Notes under the pieces: model-generated
Databases searched by the model: none
What the model saw: only the letters and a program-made list of their open reading frames with translations
What the model was told of the DNA's origin: nothing
Translations under genes and position numbers: made by a program
Part shown: piece after piece, positions 11,547-24,214 of the stretch
How positions within the stretch are numbered: position 1 is the first letter of the stretch
Layout: every line of letters begins with the position of its first letter
Assembly: GCA_036630325.1 (NCBI GenBank)
Contig: CP142728.1
Location: 620,001-684,000 of the forward strand
Direction: 5' to 3'
DNA from: Vairimorpha necatrix
Taxonomy: Eukaryota
Length of the DNA: 64,000 nt

Positions 11547-12335
11547 TTTTTTTCTTGCAAGTAAGAGGTGGGGAGAAACCTTACATAGGGACCAGAGGGA
11601 TTTAGGTGTGATCCTCATCCAACTGGTACTGTGAGATTCTTACTCACTGAAACTCCCTCCATACAACTTGCCGGTGCAGCAAGCTCCGCCGTATCCATTC
11701 GACTTTGGCTCCAGGAGAACACTTTCCATTTATACCTCAAATCGCGTCCAGAGTGACCTCACGGCGGATATACTTAACGGGCATGGTTATCTATAACCCG
11801 AGGAGAGACATCATCGTACTGGCTCAAAGGTCCCTACAATCATCTGTATTGCACACACGGCTCCTTACACGACCACATCCCCAGCCCGGCGTTTTTATTG
11901 GGCTGCGTTGACCACCAGTCTCCCACTAGTTTCGGCCACCGCGTTACAGAATCTTGTAGGATAGGGTCCACGAAACCTTCTATTGCCCTACTTCGTCTAG
12001 TCTCTTAGTTAGCTCTAGAATCCCACTCTAGAGTGCACCAGCCATGGGATCCAACTAGGCCATACCCATTAGATACTTTTATGTATCATTAAGTCACCAA
12101 AGGGCGATACTGCTTTTTGGCCTTGAGGTGCGTTTCTACACTAGATGCTAATCCCCTTGTGGCTGGACACACACAAGTTTCATTATATCAACTTAATGAT
12201 TATCGTGGACATTTTCATCATCTGAGTTGTTCCAACTGCATCATAGAAAGTGGAAACAATTTTGGTGCCCCTGGGAATCGAACCCAGCCATTGCTCAATG
12301 GAAGCATAGCATTCTACCACTGGGCTAAGGGCACC
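11547..12335 (-). mobile_element. tRNA-derived SINE, full-length copy 1 (~790 bp)
   Basis: 5' tRNA-like head, non-coding GC-richer body, 3' end ...cttgcaag(A)n; 17-bp TSD tcatgcgctatatgttt at 11530-11546 and 12336-12352; second copy at 23310-24063. Confidence 0.9.
12263..12335 (-). ncRNA. tRNA-like head (Pol III internal promoter) of the SINE
   Basis: GGTGCCC/GGGCACC acceptor-like stem, A box TAGCCCAGTGG, perfect T arm CTGGG-TTCGATT-CCCAG (B box). D and anticodon arms are non-canonical, so the isotype is unresolved (CTTCCAT hints at Gly-TCC). Confidence 0.8.
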
Positions 12336-12623
12336 TCATGCGCTATATGTTTACACCTGTGTTATCAATAAGCCAAGATATTTTTTAAGACATTTCATGT
12401 AAAGTAGAAACCTTATTTTCAATGGGACTAAATAAGGTAAATAATAACGGGATCTAAAAGCGAAAGGTAAGATCATACAAATACATTGATTATAAGGCAA
12501 TTACAAAATTAACTGTTTTTCTTAAGCACATAAGCCTTTGTTTGCAATTAAAAATATTCAAACAAAGCTTAAACATAATTATATTGATACGCTTCTATTT
12601 TAATCGTCACAAAAAACATAATA

Positions 12624-15241
12624 TGTCTTTATTTATCATAAATTGGGGCCAATCATATCACAAAATATAACATCCCCCTTTAAGACGGTTAATCTCATAC
12701 TTACTCAACCCCCCTTTAAATCATAATGTCTTTTCTTCACCAGCCGTCCTGTTTCCAATCGTACAATATAAGAATCTCCTCCACAAATCGCGTAAATTTT
12801 CCCCCTCTCCAGAAATCGTCCTTTTTCATATTTAGTACATCCCTTCAAATTTTCTTTTTTCGCTACTCGTACTTGCTGATTCCCGTAAAACCTTTCTCTC
12901 TTCCATTTAACAAACTTCTTACTGTATCTTCCTTCAGGATCATTTTCTATCATAACTTTTCCACTAGTATCTATAATTGCCTCTTTAGGTGTACAATCTA
13001 TCCCACTGTGATAACTATTTTCATACAAATCAATCGCTCTCATAACCTTATCGTCAAAATCATCGCCTTTGATTTTCAAAATAGCTTCTCTCAATGTTCC
13101 TATTACTCTCTCTACACGTCCATTACTACGGTGGCTTTCTATGCTTATCTTCCTGTGAGCAATATCTAATCTTCTACATAATATTCTAAGATCCTCGTTA
13201 ACAAATTCCTTGCCAATATCGGTTATTATTTCCTCTGGTCGGTTTCCGTTCCTACATAAACTTTCTATAAACCAAGCAACATTCTGAGACTTTTTTCCTT
13301 GATGCTCATTCCCCAAATCAGTCTAGTATGGTAATCAACACCAATCAAAACGTACCTACATTCGTCGCGAAATTCAATCAAATCAAAAGCTACTTTCTCT
13401 AAATATCTACTGGTACTAATAAAATCACATCCGCCCGACTTCTTCCTATCATAAATTTGGCATCTTTCACACTTCAATAACTCATTATAAATCTCTGACT
13501 TCATCCCTAACCAATAGTAAAGCTTCTTCATCGCATAATAAACACTTCCAACACTACGATGACCTCCATTTTCGTGATATTCCATTATTAACTTTGCCCT
13601 ATTTTCCTCCTTTGGTATCTCTGCTCTTATACCACTATCAAAGACCCAGTATTCCTTTCCATCTTCATATACTGTATGTTTCTTCTCTTTTCCTTCAATT
13701 TGTTTCACTGTTCTTTTCTTTATCATTTCCTCTTTCTCAGTCTCTTCAACAGGCGCTCTACTTAACGCATCGGCCACTACCATTATATCTAGCTTCATGT
13801 ACTCAATTGTAAAAATCGAACTCTTAAATCTTTTCTATCCACCTATTAATCCTATTATTATCGAATTGTGGCTTTCTCCAGATTTCTATCAAAACTTTAT
13901 GGTCTGTTTCAACTTTAAATTTACGACCTTTTAATTCATATTCGAACTTTTTGATTCCCCAGTAGACCGCATACATCTCTTTCTCGCTTATTCCGTATCT
14001 TGATTCCGTGGGAGTAAACTTTTACAAAGCCCAATGTACCGGCACCCACTATTCTTCGTCATTCTTTTGCATTAATACCGCGCCCGTTCCTATGTCTGAC
14101 GCATCTGTTCTCAATAAAAACTCCTTTTCATAATTAACTATCTTCAACTTCCCCATTGTCTGTACTCTTTCTTTTCAACTTAACAAATTCAACTTTCATA
14201 TTTTCTGTCCATTTCCATTCGTTCTTACCCTTCAAACTGTCGGTCAAATGTACCGTTAAATTCGCATTTTTTTTTATAAAGCTTCTATACCATCCTGTTA
14301 ATCCTAAAAATCTCCTTACTTCTGACACGTTTTGTGGCTCTGGGAATTCTAACGCTTCGTTTTGTTTTATTTCAGACGGTGTTATCTCTAAACCATTCAG
14401 TGTAACCCCAAATAGCTTTACCTCCTTCAAGCATAACTGTACCTTATTAATATTAATCCTCATCTTATTATCTTCCAACTTCCTAAGTGCTTCTCCTAAC
14501 AATATATCGTGCTTCCCTCTCGTCGCTGCATGTATAACAATATCATCCATATACACTTCTATTCCTTTTCCCAAGTGTCTCTCAAACAATTTATTTATTA
14601 TTCTTTGTAAAATCTGCGGGGAGTTCTTGTATCCCATAACCATACTATTCCATTCATAAACCCTTCTATTAAATTCAAATGCAGTTTTATGTTCATCTGC
14701 CTCGTCGATCTCAATACTTTAAAATCCTTCCTTTAAGTCAATTACCGTAAAATATTTTGAACCCTGTGTTTTCTTAATTATGTCTCTTATATTAAAAAAG
14801 CCAAAAAAATCTTTTTTAACCAAATCATTCAAGGCCATCAAATTACTCACTAGCCTTATTCCGCCATCTGGCTTTCATAACGCTCTTATTGGATTTCTCC
14901 ATTTCGAATTCGACCTTCTTATTACCTTCCTCTTTTCCAGTCCTTAAATAAAATTTTCAGTATCCTCCATTAATGCTTGAGGTATGCACTGTCCTTTCTT
15001 CACTACTTTAGCACCCTCTTGTGTTTTTATCTTACATTTCTCAGATCCTCTGAATCCAAATATAAATATCTTTCAATTCAATCCCTTCCTGTTCTCTCAA
15101 TCCATACATAATAATACTAAACTCATTCCATATCATTCTGATCACCTGACCACAGTCCTCACTTGCTGACTTTTTGTTTCTTGTGTTCGCCATGTCTTTA
15201 TTTATCATAAATTGGGGTCAATCATATTACAGAATATAACA
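12624..15241 (-). mobile_element. Ty3/Gypsy LTR retrotransposon, element 2 (49-bp LTRs; internally deleted, frameshifted)
   Basis: LTRs 12624-12672 and 15193-15241 (3 mismatches); TSD taata at 12619-12623 and 15242-15246; PBS TGGCGAACAC; PPT next to 12673. Pol fragments: YMDDIVI (14134-14643), RNase H, integrase (13265-13798, 12705-13316). The gag start MINKDMANTR... is joined by a deletion near 15045 straight to the pre-RT region. Confidence 0.95.
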
Positions 15242-15965
15242 TAATATTAAATTCAAAAGAATTCATGGAAATGAAATTTAAGTGCGTTGATAAAATAACA
15301 ACATCAAAAACATTCAACAAAAAAGAATTGGATATCAATTTTAAAGCGACTAAACCAAACTTACGAAGAATGAAAGCATTCCACGTCTAATACTAAATTC
15401 CTAAGCTTCATACTTCTACGGCCTTTTGGATTTATTTTCGTTTGAATACAAATATCGAGACGGCGTTTTCAGCTTACACGATTGCTGGACTGAACTAGTG
15501 TTGTAATGTCTACAAAAAAAATGCAATTTTTTACAACGAAGACATAAAGTAAAAATTTATATTCAAATATTTAACTAATTTTGTTAAAACCAATGTTTGT
15601 TTGTGCATATAAAATATTATCTAAGAATTCATTTAAACAACTACATTGCTGGAAATAAAATATTAAAACAAATTTCAATTTCTATAGATAAACAATTGCC
15701 TTTAACACAATTGCGATAAAGATTAAAGATTAATTATCGAAAAATATAAACTTTTAAATAAAATGAAACGAAGGATGAAAAACTATTTATTGGTATTTCT
15801 GTCCATTTTTGTGATACAATCACATAATTTCTTTATACGTTTACACGCATTATCTTTGCCTTTATTATAAAAGACAATTAATTTATTTCCTAGAGTATAT
15901 ATGTCATTTAAAATTTCGTATATAGCGGGTCTGTGATTTTGAAATTTGTAATAAAAAATCCTATA

Positions 15966-18900
15966 TGTCTTTATTTATCATAATGGGGGATAGAAATTAT
16001 ACAAATATATCACATCCCCCCCTCAAGACGGTTAGTCTCATCTAATTTTCACATCTACCCCAAGCATACCCTTCAGATCATAATGTCTCTTCTTCACAAG
16101 CCTACCATTACTAAGTTTTACAATATAAGAATCCTTTCCACACTTTTCAACAATTTTTCCTGTATCCAAAAATCTTCCTTTTTCATACTTATTAACACCT
16201 GCCAAATTTTCTCGTTTAGCTATTCTTACCAATTGACCTTTGCTAAATTTTTCGATCTTTCCTTTTCCAAACCTATTACAATATTTCCCTATAGGGCTAT
16301 TTTCAAGCATTACGTCTCCAGTTTTATCTTCAGTCGCCTCTAATGGTGTACATTTTATTCCCGTATGATAGCTCTGATTATATACATCGATACTTTTATA
16401 TACTTTACCTTCAAAAGTTTTCGCATCCGACTTTAAAATACTTTCTCTCAAAGTTCCTATAACACGCTCTACTCTTCCGTTACTTCTATGCGCTTCTATA
16501 CTTACTTGTCGGTGTATAATATCGAGATCTCTACAAAATTTTCTAAATTCCACGTTAATAAACTCTTTCCCGTTATCTGTAATAATTTCTTCTGGTTTCT
16601 TCCCTTGCTCACATAATCTTTTCAAAAATCCAACAACATTATTACTTGACTTGTTATTTATAACTACTCCCCATACTCTACGTGTAAAATAATCGATAGC
16701 AACTAAAACATATTTCTTCTAATTTCTAAAGTCTATCAAATCTAATGCAACCTTCTCTAAGTATCTCGACGTATCTACAAATTCACAACCACCCATATTT
16801 TTCCTGTTATATATCTGACATTTCTGACACTGTTTTATAACCTCGTTTATTTCTTTCTTTACTCCTGGCCAATAGTATTCTTCTCTCATTGCATATTAAA
16901 CACTTGTCATGCATCTGTGGCCTACTTTTTCATGATATTCTTGGATTAATTGTCTCCTTATATTCTCAGGTGGTATTTCAACTTTACGTCCTGAGTCAAA
17001 TTGCCAATATTGCTTTCCATTCTCGGAAGAAACATGTGCTTTCCATTTACCTTCTGTTTGCTTGATTGTTCGCTCTTTATTTTTCATTTCTTTAATATCC
17101 TCTTCCATATTTATTCGACTCAACGCATCTGCTACCACCATCTCATCAGGTTTTTTATATTCCACGATAAAATCATATTCCTGTATCTTCTCGATTAAGC
17201 GATTTATTCTGTTATTATTAAAAAACGGTTTATTTCTTATCTCCACCAGTGCTTTGTGATCCGTTTCTATCTTGAATTTCCTACCTCTTAACTCGTATTT
17301 AAATTTATCAATGCCCCAATATATCGCAAGCATTTCCTTTTCTGATATTCCATATCTTATTTCGGTAGGTGTTAGCTTTTTAGATGCCCATTGTATAGCA
17401 ACCCATTCCCCATTCTCATTCTTCTGAAGTAACACCGCACCCAATCTCAAATTGCTAGCGTCTGTTCTTAGTATGAACTCCTTATTATAGTCCGGTAACC
17501 TTAGTCTTCCCATATTTCTTAACACATTTTTCATTTTAGTAAATTCCTCTTTCATCTCTTCCGTAAATTTCCACGAATTGCCATTTTTCTTCAAACTATC
17601 TGTCATTTTCAACGTCAGCCCGGCATAATCTTTTATAAATGGTCTGAACCATCCAGTCAATCCTAGAAACCTCCTCAATTCCGTCAAAGTTTTTGGATCC
17701 GGATACTCCAAGGCTTCATTTTTCTTTATTTCGTCGGCCGTCATGTCTATTCCATTCAGCGTCACACCTAATAATTTTACTTCCGCTTGTCTAAACTGTA
17801 TTTTCCCAATATTTAATTTCATTTTATTTCTCTTAATTCTTTCTATAACCTCTATTACTAATTCATCGTGTTTACGTTTATTGTTAGCATGTATTACTAT
17901 ATCGTCCATGTATACCTCAACACCATTTCCTCGCAAATCTTCAAAAATCATATTCATCGTTCTCTGTAGTATCTGTGGGGAATTTTTGTATCCCATCACC
18001 ATACTATTCCATTCGTAAACTTTTTTATTAAATTCAAACGCCGTCTTATGTTTATCTTTTTCTTCGATTTCAAAATGGTAAAATGCTTCTTTGCAATCAA
18101 CAACAGTAAATATTATCGACCCTTGCGTAGCTCTTATTATTTCTCTCATATTCGTTAGCTCATACGGGTCTTTCTCGACTAAATCATTCAACCCTATAAA
18201 ATTACTAACTACTCTTACTTCACCACTTGGTTTAAGTATCGCTCTTATTGGGTTTCGCCATTCCGAAGACGATCTTCTTATAATTTTTCTATTTTCTAAA
18301 TCATTAATATATTCCTCAGTCTGTTTGATCAAAGCCTGTGGGATCGTCTGTCCCTTTCTGACTATCTTCTTACCCTCTGGAGTATCTATCTTACACTTCT
18401 CTAATGTACAATAACTTATAACCTCATCCCCTTGTTTAAAAACTTCTTCATATTCCGCTTTGAGATCTTCCAACGTAAATTCCCTCTTCAGTAATCTTCT
18501 TTTCGTCTCTTTATTGCTCGCATATATTCTTTCTTTATGTCTTCTATCACTATTATTACATTCCTTTAACTTAACTCGTTTTGTCTTTCCACTTGGTTTA
18601 TATTCTTTATTGTCATTACTGCTACTACAACTTTGGTTTTCGTCTAAATTTAAGTACTTATTAAACTTTTTATTATTTTTCTGATTATTGTTCCTTCCTA
18701 AATAGCAGTTCCTAGCCATATGGCCAAATTTACCACAATTAAAACAATTCCTATTATTTCTTATTTTTTGTACTGTACTCCTTAAAACTAAATCTTTCTC
18801 TTGAATTTCTTTTCTCACTGTTTCTCTAACATTCTCAGCTATGACCTCCATAAGTTCTCTCCTATTTTCTTCTTCTTTTTTAGTTCTTTCTTCTCTACAT

Positions 18901-19184
18901 ATTTCCTCCTCTAATTTCTCAATTATTTTATAATATTCGTCCTCTTTACTAATTCTTTCTACCATGAAATTTTTTATTTCTTCACTTCCTTCCATAAATA
19001 TTCTCTGCTTCCACAAACTGATTTCTACTTCCTCCATCTCCAACCTATACATTATTCTTCTAACTTCCTTTATTAACTTTTTGGCCTCTAGACCACAGTC
19101 CACACTTGTAAACTGACGATTCGGTATCGCCCCCATGTCTTTATTTATCATAATGGGGGATAGAAATTATACAAATATTTCACA
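15966..19184 (-). mobile_element. Ty3/Gypsy LTR retrotransposon, element 3 (3.22 kb, 49-bp LTRs)
   Basis: LTRs 15966-16014 and 19136-19184 (1 mismatch); TSD ctata at 15961-15965 and 19185-19189; PBS TGGGGGCGATAC; G-run PPT from 16015. Confidence 0.97.
16038..19151 (-). pseudogene. Single-frame gag-pol of element 3 (Gag with CCHC knuckle, RT, RNase H, integrase) with two in-frame stops
   Basis: CFNCGKFGHMARNC; VDCKEAF / YMDDIVI; LRTDAS / TDHKAL; integrase ITDNGKEF / SNGRVER. ORFs 16896-19151 and 16038-16625 share a frame; stops at 16896-16898 and ~16719. Confidence 0.9.
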
Positions 19185-21088
19185 CTATATATTAATTCGA
19201 TTAAATCTGGCACATTGATATTATCTGTTATTTTGAAAATTTTCCAATTTAATAGCTCCAAATCATATTTTACCAGTAAAAAATCATACTTTATGTGTAA
19301 GTTTATTTTTTTCAGTGAGATATATTCGCTTACTTCTCCAATAAATTTTAGAGCATCAATAATACCATAATTACCAATAAAATTGATTTTTTCGATTTTT
19401 TCTACAATTGATTTTGTCTTTTCTATAATATCCCTTTTGTACCTTGAATTAAAATTAGAAATAGATTTTCTAATTTGTAATATTTCCTTATTAGCATTAA
19501 AAAAATAACAACCTAAATTTCTAGTTGGTATAGGATTACGTTATAGATATTCCTGTTCTTGTTGCTTAACTTCGCTAAATTTTTGTTCCATTTCCATTAT
19601 TTTTTTTTCTAGTAATGAATTATAATCTTTTTCACCTGTATTGTTTTGATTGCATTCGTTCCTAAGAAGTTGTTGAAAATTGTTGTCATAAAAAGATTTA
19701 TCATTTGTTAAAATACTTTTATCTATAAAATTTTCATTGTCATTCTCCGTTTCCTCTGCATTTTGCTGTATAATTTCATTATTGCATATAAAAGTAGATC
19801 TGTCCTGATGAGAATTCTCTTCATTTTTACAAATTTCCGACATATCCTCAGAAACTTTAAGCATTAATTTTTCATTTGTTTGAGATATTTTGTTTTGTGA
19901 AAAGTTCTCTCCGCATTTCAAAGAATTAACTAAGTTTTTTATTTGCAATTCTTCTGTAGTTTTTTTGTTTTCATAATAGCAAGTTTCGTTAATAGTTAAT
20001 CTCTTATGATTTTCATAGTATTCCATTATATCCTCAACATGCTCATTCTCTTCATTTTCATTATAATTCTCTGCCATAATTGTATCAAAATCAAACTCTG
20101 TGTTGCTATCCATTTGATTATAGTTAAGTGATTGTTGAAATATTTTAGTATTATATGTATTAAACATGTCGTTTGAACATTTTAGCAGAAAAATATATAA
20201 AAACATGGGGATAAATCATAAAAATTTTTTATTATGATAAAAAAATCATTTAACATAAATTGACGGTTTTTTTGTTTTAATTGATGGATAAATTCTAAAA
20301 GATCTATAAGGTTATCTGGTTTTATCGTTAATTTTTTTCTCCTTATAATACACTATTAAATACTTTTACAGACATATAAAGGAGCAAAAAAATTAAATAT
20401 ACCAAGGGGAACATAGTTGTGTTTTTTATGATAAAATAAGTGAATGGAAAATTTTTATGTTTATTTATCGCCCTGATATAGTATAATTACTGACATAGTT
20501 TTTATTGCCATTTACTTCTTTTTACACATATATATATATTAGAAAAATGGATATTTATTATCTATAGATGTTCGTTTTATAACTTAAAATTAAGAGTTTT
20601 AATTTTGAAATTATCAAGAAATTCAATTTTAGCATCCAGAATATCATGAAATTTATTTCCCATATAATTAATTCAATCTTTTTGAAACATAAAATTGTTC
20701 GAAGCATTTTTATAAATATGACTATAATATTCACTTTCGTTCGATAAAAAATGTTTCTGTGTTGTACTTGACTTATGTATTTTATTTGTAAATTTCTTAT
20801 TTATAAAAAGTAATTTGCTACATAGTATTTATATACAAAAATTACGTATTTATCATAGAAATAATGTATTAACCAAATTATATTACAAAGTTTAACGAAA
20901 AAATATTCAAAAATTTAAAGACAAAAGAAACATGCATTAACTTTAATTGACGAAGATATTTTATACATTAGAATATAATTTTTTATAACATGTACTTATA
21001 CAATAATTTTTTCTTAAAATGTTGCAATAAATTTTTTTTTATTATAGAAAATTATAAATACATAAAGTATTACTTAAACATTTATTAA

Positions 21089-22375
21089 TTAGATTAGCAC
21101 TTTTAGATCAATGTTGCACTGTTCTTCTACCTGTCTGATTTCATCAATTAGATCTTTATAAATATATGTGTATCTTTTATCTAAATCAACTAGTAACATA
21201 AATTGATCTCTTTGCTTTAGTAGAAAGTTTATATATTTATTAATATTCTCCATATATTTGACACTGTTATTAAAGTCATTTTTTAGCATGTATATTTTTA
21301 GCTTATAAATAATCTTGGATGTCCATTTATCAATAAAATTATAATTTTTATATTTTTTAACTAACATACTTCCATTAGGTTTTATTTGTGGAACAGTCAT
21401 ATATAACTTATTATCAAGAATTTTATATTCTTCTAATATATTTTTACATATGTTTTTGACATTATCGCACTCTTTTTCTACATATTCTAATAGATCACAT
21501 AAGTCTTGTTTATTTCTACATATTTGGTTTAAAACATAGTTATATTTATAAGACATGTTAGAAACACGATAAAAAACATATCTGACATAGTTTAAATCAT
21601 TATCTTTTATAAAATTTGTAAATTTTTTATCTTTAATACTTAAATTATATATTAGAAGTCTATTAAAAAACTCAGTCATAGATAAATGTATCAAGACAGA
21701 AATATATAATAATATCATATGATTAATTATTCTGCCATTATAAACCAAATCGCACCTTAAAAACATTAGCAAAATATTTACGAAAAAACTAATAAATAAG
21801 ACATATGAAATTAAGAAGCCACAAGAAAATATTAAATTGACAAACCACATGTTCAAGATTCTGTTTATCATTCTTTTAGTGCTGAGCGCATAATATTTGA
21901 ATATACCTTCGATTTCCGCAAATTCCAATATATTGTTTCTGATATCAAAAGATAAAATTAAACCAGAGATGAGTGATACGACACAAGTGATGGTAAAATT
22001 AAGATTAATTAGTATCTTTTTAAATATAAAAACGATATTATTATCAGCCATTTCTAATATATTAGTCTTGACTGGGAAATTAATATAAAATATTAAAGAA
22101 GAAAATGTATAACCAAATAAAAGACACATAAAGTTTATGTGTTTTGATCTCGAATAGAATTTCAATAATATAGGAATTAAAAATGATAACATAAAAATGA
22201 AAGTAGACTTTTTAAATAATATTTGAACTAACGAGAAGGGATTGAATAAAATTTTGACATGCGAATTTACAATTTTACTAAATAAGCAGGTTATAAAGAT
22301 TTGTTGTATAATTGTAATTAAAAGGCCAAACTTCTCCTTTTGTTGAATTAATTTTTTCTGGACTGAGTTCTTCAT
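21089..22375 (-). CDS. Multi-pass membrane protein with soluble helical C-terminus (architecture resembles nucleoporin Ndc1; tentative)
   Basis: About six hydrophobic segments in the N-terminal ~240 aa, then a charged helical tail. The second ATG (22375) follows a CCC motif; the ORF track starts at 22387. The Ndc1 idea rests on topology only. Confidence 0.7.
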   Translation of the reverse strand: MKNSVQKKLIQQKEKFGLLITIIQQIFITCLFSKIVNSHVKILFNPFSLVQILFKKSTFIFMLSFLIPILLKFYSRSKHINFMCLLFGYTFSSLIFYINFPVKTNILEMADNNIVFIFKKILINLNFTITCVVSLISGLILSFDIRNNILEFAEIEGIFKYYALSTKRMINRILNMWFVNLIFSCGFLISYVLFISFFVNILLMFLRCDLVYNGRIINHMILLYISVLIHLSMTEFFNRLLIYNLSIKDKKFTNFIKDNDLNYVRYVFYRVSNMSYKYNYVLNQICRNKQDLCDLLEYVEKECDNVKNICKNILEEYKILDNKLYMTVPQIKPNGSMLVKKYKNYNFIDKWTSKIIYKLKIYMLKNDFNNSVKYMENINKYINFLLKQRDQFMLLVDLDKRYTYIYKDLIDEIRQVEEQCNIDLKVLI

Positions 22376-23309
22376 ATGGGCAGTCATTTTATAAATTTTT
22401 AAAAAATTATTTCTGCATAAACAAAGAAATTACGGCTAGAATTCAAAATTTCGGTCAGCCTTAGAAAGGCAAAAATAAAGCGTAAGGAGATGTAATAATC
22501 GCAAAGATGATAAGTAGAATATTATTATTGCCGTGGACATATAGCCAAGGGCTCAACAAAGAATATTTTTATTGGTTTCTTTTTGAACTAACAGTATTTA
22601 AGCTTAAGTTTGTTAAGGCCACGCAGATCAACACTGAGTCGATTTAAGATTTCAAAATTTATAGTTAACATGTATGGTAATGTAATTATAGTTGAAAATA
22701 TAGAATATGAACTATAACATCTTTAAAAGGGGCACGAAATTTCACCAAGATCAGTAGAAACATTTGCCCTACTTAAACAAAAACGTAAAGTTTTTTCATG
22801 GTGCGGTAAAACTCAACAAATGGCAATAGAACATTATCGTGTGTTAAACATAAGAATAATTAAAAAAACTCGGCATTCTGTCGGGGTTCACATTAGAATA
22901 TTTTTAAGATCGATCTGATTGCCATAAGAAAGACATCATGTGATTTCTTGCTTATAACGATTTACCATGATTGAGAAAAGAGAGGCATTGTGTAAGACAC
23001 AAAGAATGTATCAATATATTGATTTCGTTGTTCAGCAATTGAAAGCATCGTGTTGATGCATAAAAAACAGAGTATTATGACGGGCAAAGCACAAATTTGA
23101 CTATACTTCGAAAATATGTTTAATTATTTCAAATGACGAAAGTTGTGCACGTTATTTTTTTGTTGAATCAGACTATTTTCTATGGCGCTTTTATTTGCAA
23201 AGGCAATACATCTAACCTTCATTTATATATTGAGCCCAGAGTATTTATATAGACATAATAATCTAAATGGATCATAAACACCCCCTAGCCGGTGCATTAG
23301 TTGAGGAGA

Positions 23310-24063
23310 TTTTTTCTTGCATGAAAGAAGCAGAAAGAAATCTTACATTTAAAGGAAGGAGGATTCGGGTGTAATCCTTATCCAATTTTTAATGTAAGAT
23401 TTAACTCACGAAAATTCTCACCTTAGACTTGTCTTATAATACAAATATGGTACCCGGGGACCGCTAACGTCTATACCCCATATCACTTCCAGAGTGACCT
23501 CACAGCGGATATACAAAACGAGCATGGTTTTTATAAACCAGAGAGATACATTAATATAAGTGCAAAAGGCCTCTATGATCATCTGTGTCGTACACACAGC
23601 TTTTACTCCGCCACATCACCAGCTCGGCATTTATTGGACTGAGTTGACCACAAGTCTCACACTAGTTTCGGCCACTGTGTTATAGAATCTTCTAGATAGG
23701 ATCCGCGAGACCTTCTATTGCTCTACTTAGTCTAGTCTCTTAGTTAGCTCTAGGATCCCACTCTAAAGTGCACCAGCCATGGGCCCCAACTAGGCCATAC
23801 CCATTAGATACTTAATGTATAATTAAATCACCACAAAAGTGGTACTGTTTTTAGGCTTTTTTTTTGGGGGGGGGGTGCGTTTATACACTAGAAGCTAATT
23901 TCCCTGCGGCCGGACACACACAAGTTTCATTGAATCAACTTAATGATTATCGTGAACATTTTCATCATCTGAGTTGTTCTAATGCATCATAGAAAGTAGA
24001 AACAATTTTGTAACCCACCTTTGCTCAATGGAAGCATCGCTCGACCACTGGGCTAAGGATACC
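23310..24063 (-). mobile_element. tRNA-derived SINE, older diverged copy 2
   Basis: Colinear with 11547-12335 (shared ccagagtgacctcac, cactagtttcggccac, tctagtctcttagttagctctag, ggacacacacaagtttcatt, ccactgggctaagg). The T arm/B box is partly deleted near 24010; no TSD recognisable. Confidence 0.88.
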
Positions 24064-24214
24064 TGTTCATGCCTTATATTTGTAAGAAATTAATTTAGTA
24101 AAATTTTCGAATTTTCAAAACTAAAATGTTTTTAAACATTTTCGTAGCCAAACAATTCGTCTATTTAAAGGAGCATGTTCGCAAAAAAATGAAAAATTTA
24201 CTTTAAATTTTATT

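Larger units (their letters stand above)
15783..20206 (-). pseudogene. Family A secreted-protein paralogue, broken by a nonsense codon (19541-19543) and by LTR element 3
   Basis: 19541-20206 matches the N-half of 55196-56374 and 61419-62618. The frame continues past the TAA (RNPIP...IIDALKFI...WKIFKITDNINVPDLIELIY) to the TSD at 19185, and resumes at 15965 (RIFYYKF...KRIKKLCDCITK...) to a stop at 15783. Confidence 0.9.

Noticed and set aside
12263-12335. Stand-alone tRNA gene
   Set aside because: D and anticodon arms are non-canonical, and it forms the 5' end of a TSD-flanked repeated element.
11705-12371. Short plus-strand ORFs inside the SINE
   Set aside because: TTG starts, antisense to the element, and indels in copy 2 do not preserve them.
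7174-18684. Many 60-170 aa plus-strand ORFs over the LTR elements (and similar ones over family A/B genes)
   Set aside because: Antisense shadows of real minus-strand coding sequence.
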